This document shows, in pieces, positions 55,382-56,946 of a DNA stretch of 56,946 nt (position 1 is the stretch's first letter; each line of letters begins with the position of its first letter). Source of the stretch: Candidatus Spyradocola merdavium (GTDB lineage: Bacteria; Bacillota; Clostridia; Christensenellales; UBA1750); contig DVIM01000040.1 of the NCBI GenBank assembly GCA_018711265.1, forward strand, positions 1-56,946, in the 5' to 3' direction. A program made the translations under genes and the position numbers. The notes under the pieces were generated by a model that saw only the letters and a list, made by a program, of their open reading frames with translations, was not told the DNA's origin and ran no database searches.

Positions 55382-56335
55382 GTGAAGAGGGATTTGATCG
55401 CGTACGGAACCCCGTTCATGGATAATCTCGTTCACATCGACCACCTGCCCACGAAAAAGGACGAGGGCGCGCGCATTTTGCAGACGAGCTGGCAGGGCGG
55501 CGGCAAGGTCTCCTCGGCGCTGACGGCCTTTGGCCAGCTCGGCGGGGCCTCGTCCATGCTGGGCGTGGTCGGCGCGGACAGCTATGGCGACTTCCTGCTC
55601 CGCGACTACGCACGCTACGACGTCGACACCAGCCATATGGTCCGCGACGGCGTCAACTCCTTTTCCCTCGTCCTCTCGGACGAGGTGACGCACGGCCGCA
55701 ACATCATCGGCCGGCCGGGAACGACGCGCCGGTACGCGCTGGAGGACATCGACGAGGACTTTGTGCGGCAGCACCACGTGCTGCACCTGGAGAACGCCGA
55801 CCCCGTCTCCCACCGGCTGGCGGCCATCATGCGGGAGAACGGCGGCACCGTCTGCTTTGACGGCGACGGCTACTCCGAGGCGACGCAGGCCATGCTGCCC
55901 GAGATCGACGTGTTCATCGGCTCGGAGTTCTACTACAACAAGCTCTTTGGGGAGAGCGAGGAGTACGAGAAAAACCTCAGCGCGGTCCGCGCGCGCGGGC
56001 CGAAGGTCGTGGTCTTCACCCTGGGCGACAAGGGCTCCGTCGTCGCCTGGGAGGACGGCTGGTCGTTTGCGCCCGGGTTCAAGGTCTCGGTCGTGGACAC
56101 GCTCGGCGCGGGCGACGTCTACCACGGCGGCTATATCTTCGCCATGATGCAGGGCAAGCGCCCGGACGAGTGCGCGCGCTTTGCCAACGCCGTGGCGGCC
56201 ATCAAGTGCACGGGGATCGGCGGCCGCGCCGGCACGCCGAACCTGGAAATGGTCGAGCAGTTCCTGGAGACGGGGACGTTTGACCGCAGCCTCATCGAGG
56301 AAAAGACAAAGCTCTACGCCAACTTCGGCGTCTAA
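55382..56335 (+). CDS. PfkB family carbohydrate kinase
   Basis: About 317 aa from GTG 55382; the alternative TTG at 55358 overlaps the GNAT. ..GGGKVSSALTAFGQLG.. and C-terminal ..DTLGAGDVYHGGY.. PfkB signature. Confidence 0.75.
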   Translation: MKRDLIAYGTPFMDNLVHIDHLPTKKDEGARILQTSWQGGGKVSSALTAFGQLGGASSMLGVVGADSYGDFLLRDYARYDVDTSHMVRDGVNSFSLVLSDEVTHGRNIIGRPGTTRRYALEDIDEDFVRQHHVLHLENADPVSHRLAAIMRENGGTVCFDGDGYSEATQAMLPEIDVFIGSEFYYNKLFGESEEYEKNLSAVRARGPKVVVFTLGDKGSVVAWEDGWSFAPGFKVSVVDTLGAGDVYHGGYIFAMMQGKRPDECARFANAVAAIKCTGIGGRAGTPNLEMVEQFLETGTFDRSLIEEKTKLYANFGV

Positions 56336-56359
56336 AACAGAAAAAACGGAGGGGTGTAC

Positions 56360-56946
56360 ATGGAAAAGTTCGTAAAGATCGGCATCGTGCCCATCAAGCG
56401 CGGCTTCACGGACATGGTCAGCGCGCTGGAGCAGAAGGACCTCTTCCTGAAGAAATGTCATCAGATCGCGCCCGAGGCGGTGGATCTGTGCGATTTGGAG
56501 GGCGTGCTGCCCGAGGGCATCCTCTACGACGCGAGCCAGCTGGACGCGGTGTGCGACTTCCTGCACGCGCAGAAGGCCGACGCGATCTTCATGCCGCACT
56601 GCGACTTCGGGTGCGAGGAGGTCGTCGGGCGCCTGGGCGCGCGGATGAAGCTGCCCGTGCTCGTCTGGGGCAACCGCGACCCGCTGCCCGTGCCCGGCCA
56701 GCGCGACCGCGACACCCAGTGCGGCACGCTCGCCTCGACCAAGTGCCTGCAGCGCTACAAGGTGCCCTTCTCCTACATCATCAACAGCGACGTGGACGGC
56801 GAGATGTTCCGCAAGGGCTTTGTGGACTTCTGCGCGGTCGCGGCCGTGGCCAAGAAGGCGCGCGGCATGCGCATCCTGCAGGTCGGCTCCCGCCCGCAGC
56901 CGTTCCTTTCCGTCATCTACAACGAGGACGAGCTGCTGCGCAAGTT
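56360..56946 (+). CDS. L-fucose/L-arabinose isomerase family protein (N-terminal part; runs off the window)
   Basis: Not in the ORF track because there is no stop in the window. I translated MEKFVKIGIVPIKRGFTDM..ADAIFMPHCDFGCEE..LPVLVWGNRDP..RDRDTQCGTLASTKCLQRYKVPFSYIIN.., with a GGAGGGG RBS. Confidence 0.65.
   Translation, partial: MEKFVKIGIVPIKRGFTDMVSALEQKDLFLKKCHQIAPEAVDLCDLEGVLPEGILYDASQLDAVCDFLHAQKADAIFMPHCDFGCEEVVGRLGARMKLPVLVWGNRDPLPVPGQRDRDTQCGTLASTKCLQRYKVPFSYIINSDVDGEMFRKGFVDFCAVAAVAKKARGMRILQVGSRPQPFLSVIYNEDELLRK

Overview
This is a 56.9-kb chromosomal segment from a high-GC Firmicute, probably a member of Clostridia. That placement is an inference from AddAB instead of RecBCD, type-Z S14, a KOW gene between map and infA, DUF1292, and an RsfA/Myb-like protein. 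The core is housekeeping. It holds the complete S10-spc-alpha ribosomal supercluster (33996-49727, + strand, rpsJ to rplQ, including secY, adk, map, infA, rpmJ and rpoA). It also holds potABCD (3410-7251, -), a divergent luxS/mtnN pair, addB-addA (19648-26476), a CDF transporter, pdxK, several GNATs, and a GntR-ABC-permease-lipoprotein module. An ABC-F ATPase sits behind a terminator-containing leader. At the 3' end lies a sugar-catabolism cluster: GH51 arabinofuranosidase, class II aldolase, GNAT, PfkB kinase, and a FucI-like isomerase that runs off the window. I saw no rRNA, tRNA, CRISPR array, transposase, integrase or recognisable defence system, and no single clear novel system. The items most worth a second look are these. 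(1) A phased array of four 15-bp palindromes at 13888-13978. (2) An orphan promoter-to-terminator unit at 31569-31694, in an AT-rich gap upstream of two tandem, partly homogenised paralogous membrane proteins of unknown family (31913-33598). (3) A small non-syntenic block immediately after rplQ, with two SLOG/DUF1273 paralogs divergent from an XRE regulator. (4) An ARE-like ABC-F gene with an attenuator-like leader. (5) Two decayed genes flanking a DUF1292 gene. The many long Arg/Ala/Gly/Pro-rich ORFs in the track are off-frame or antisense artefacts of high GC content.
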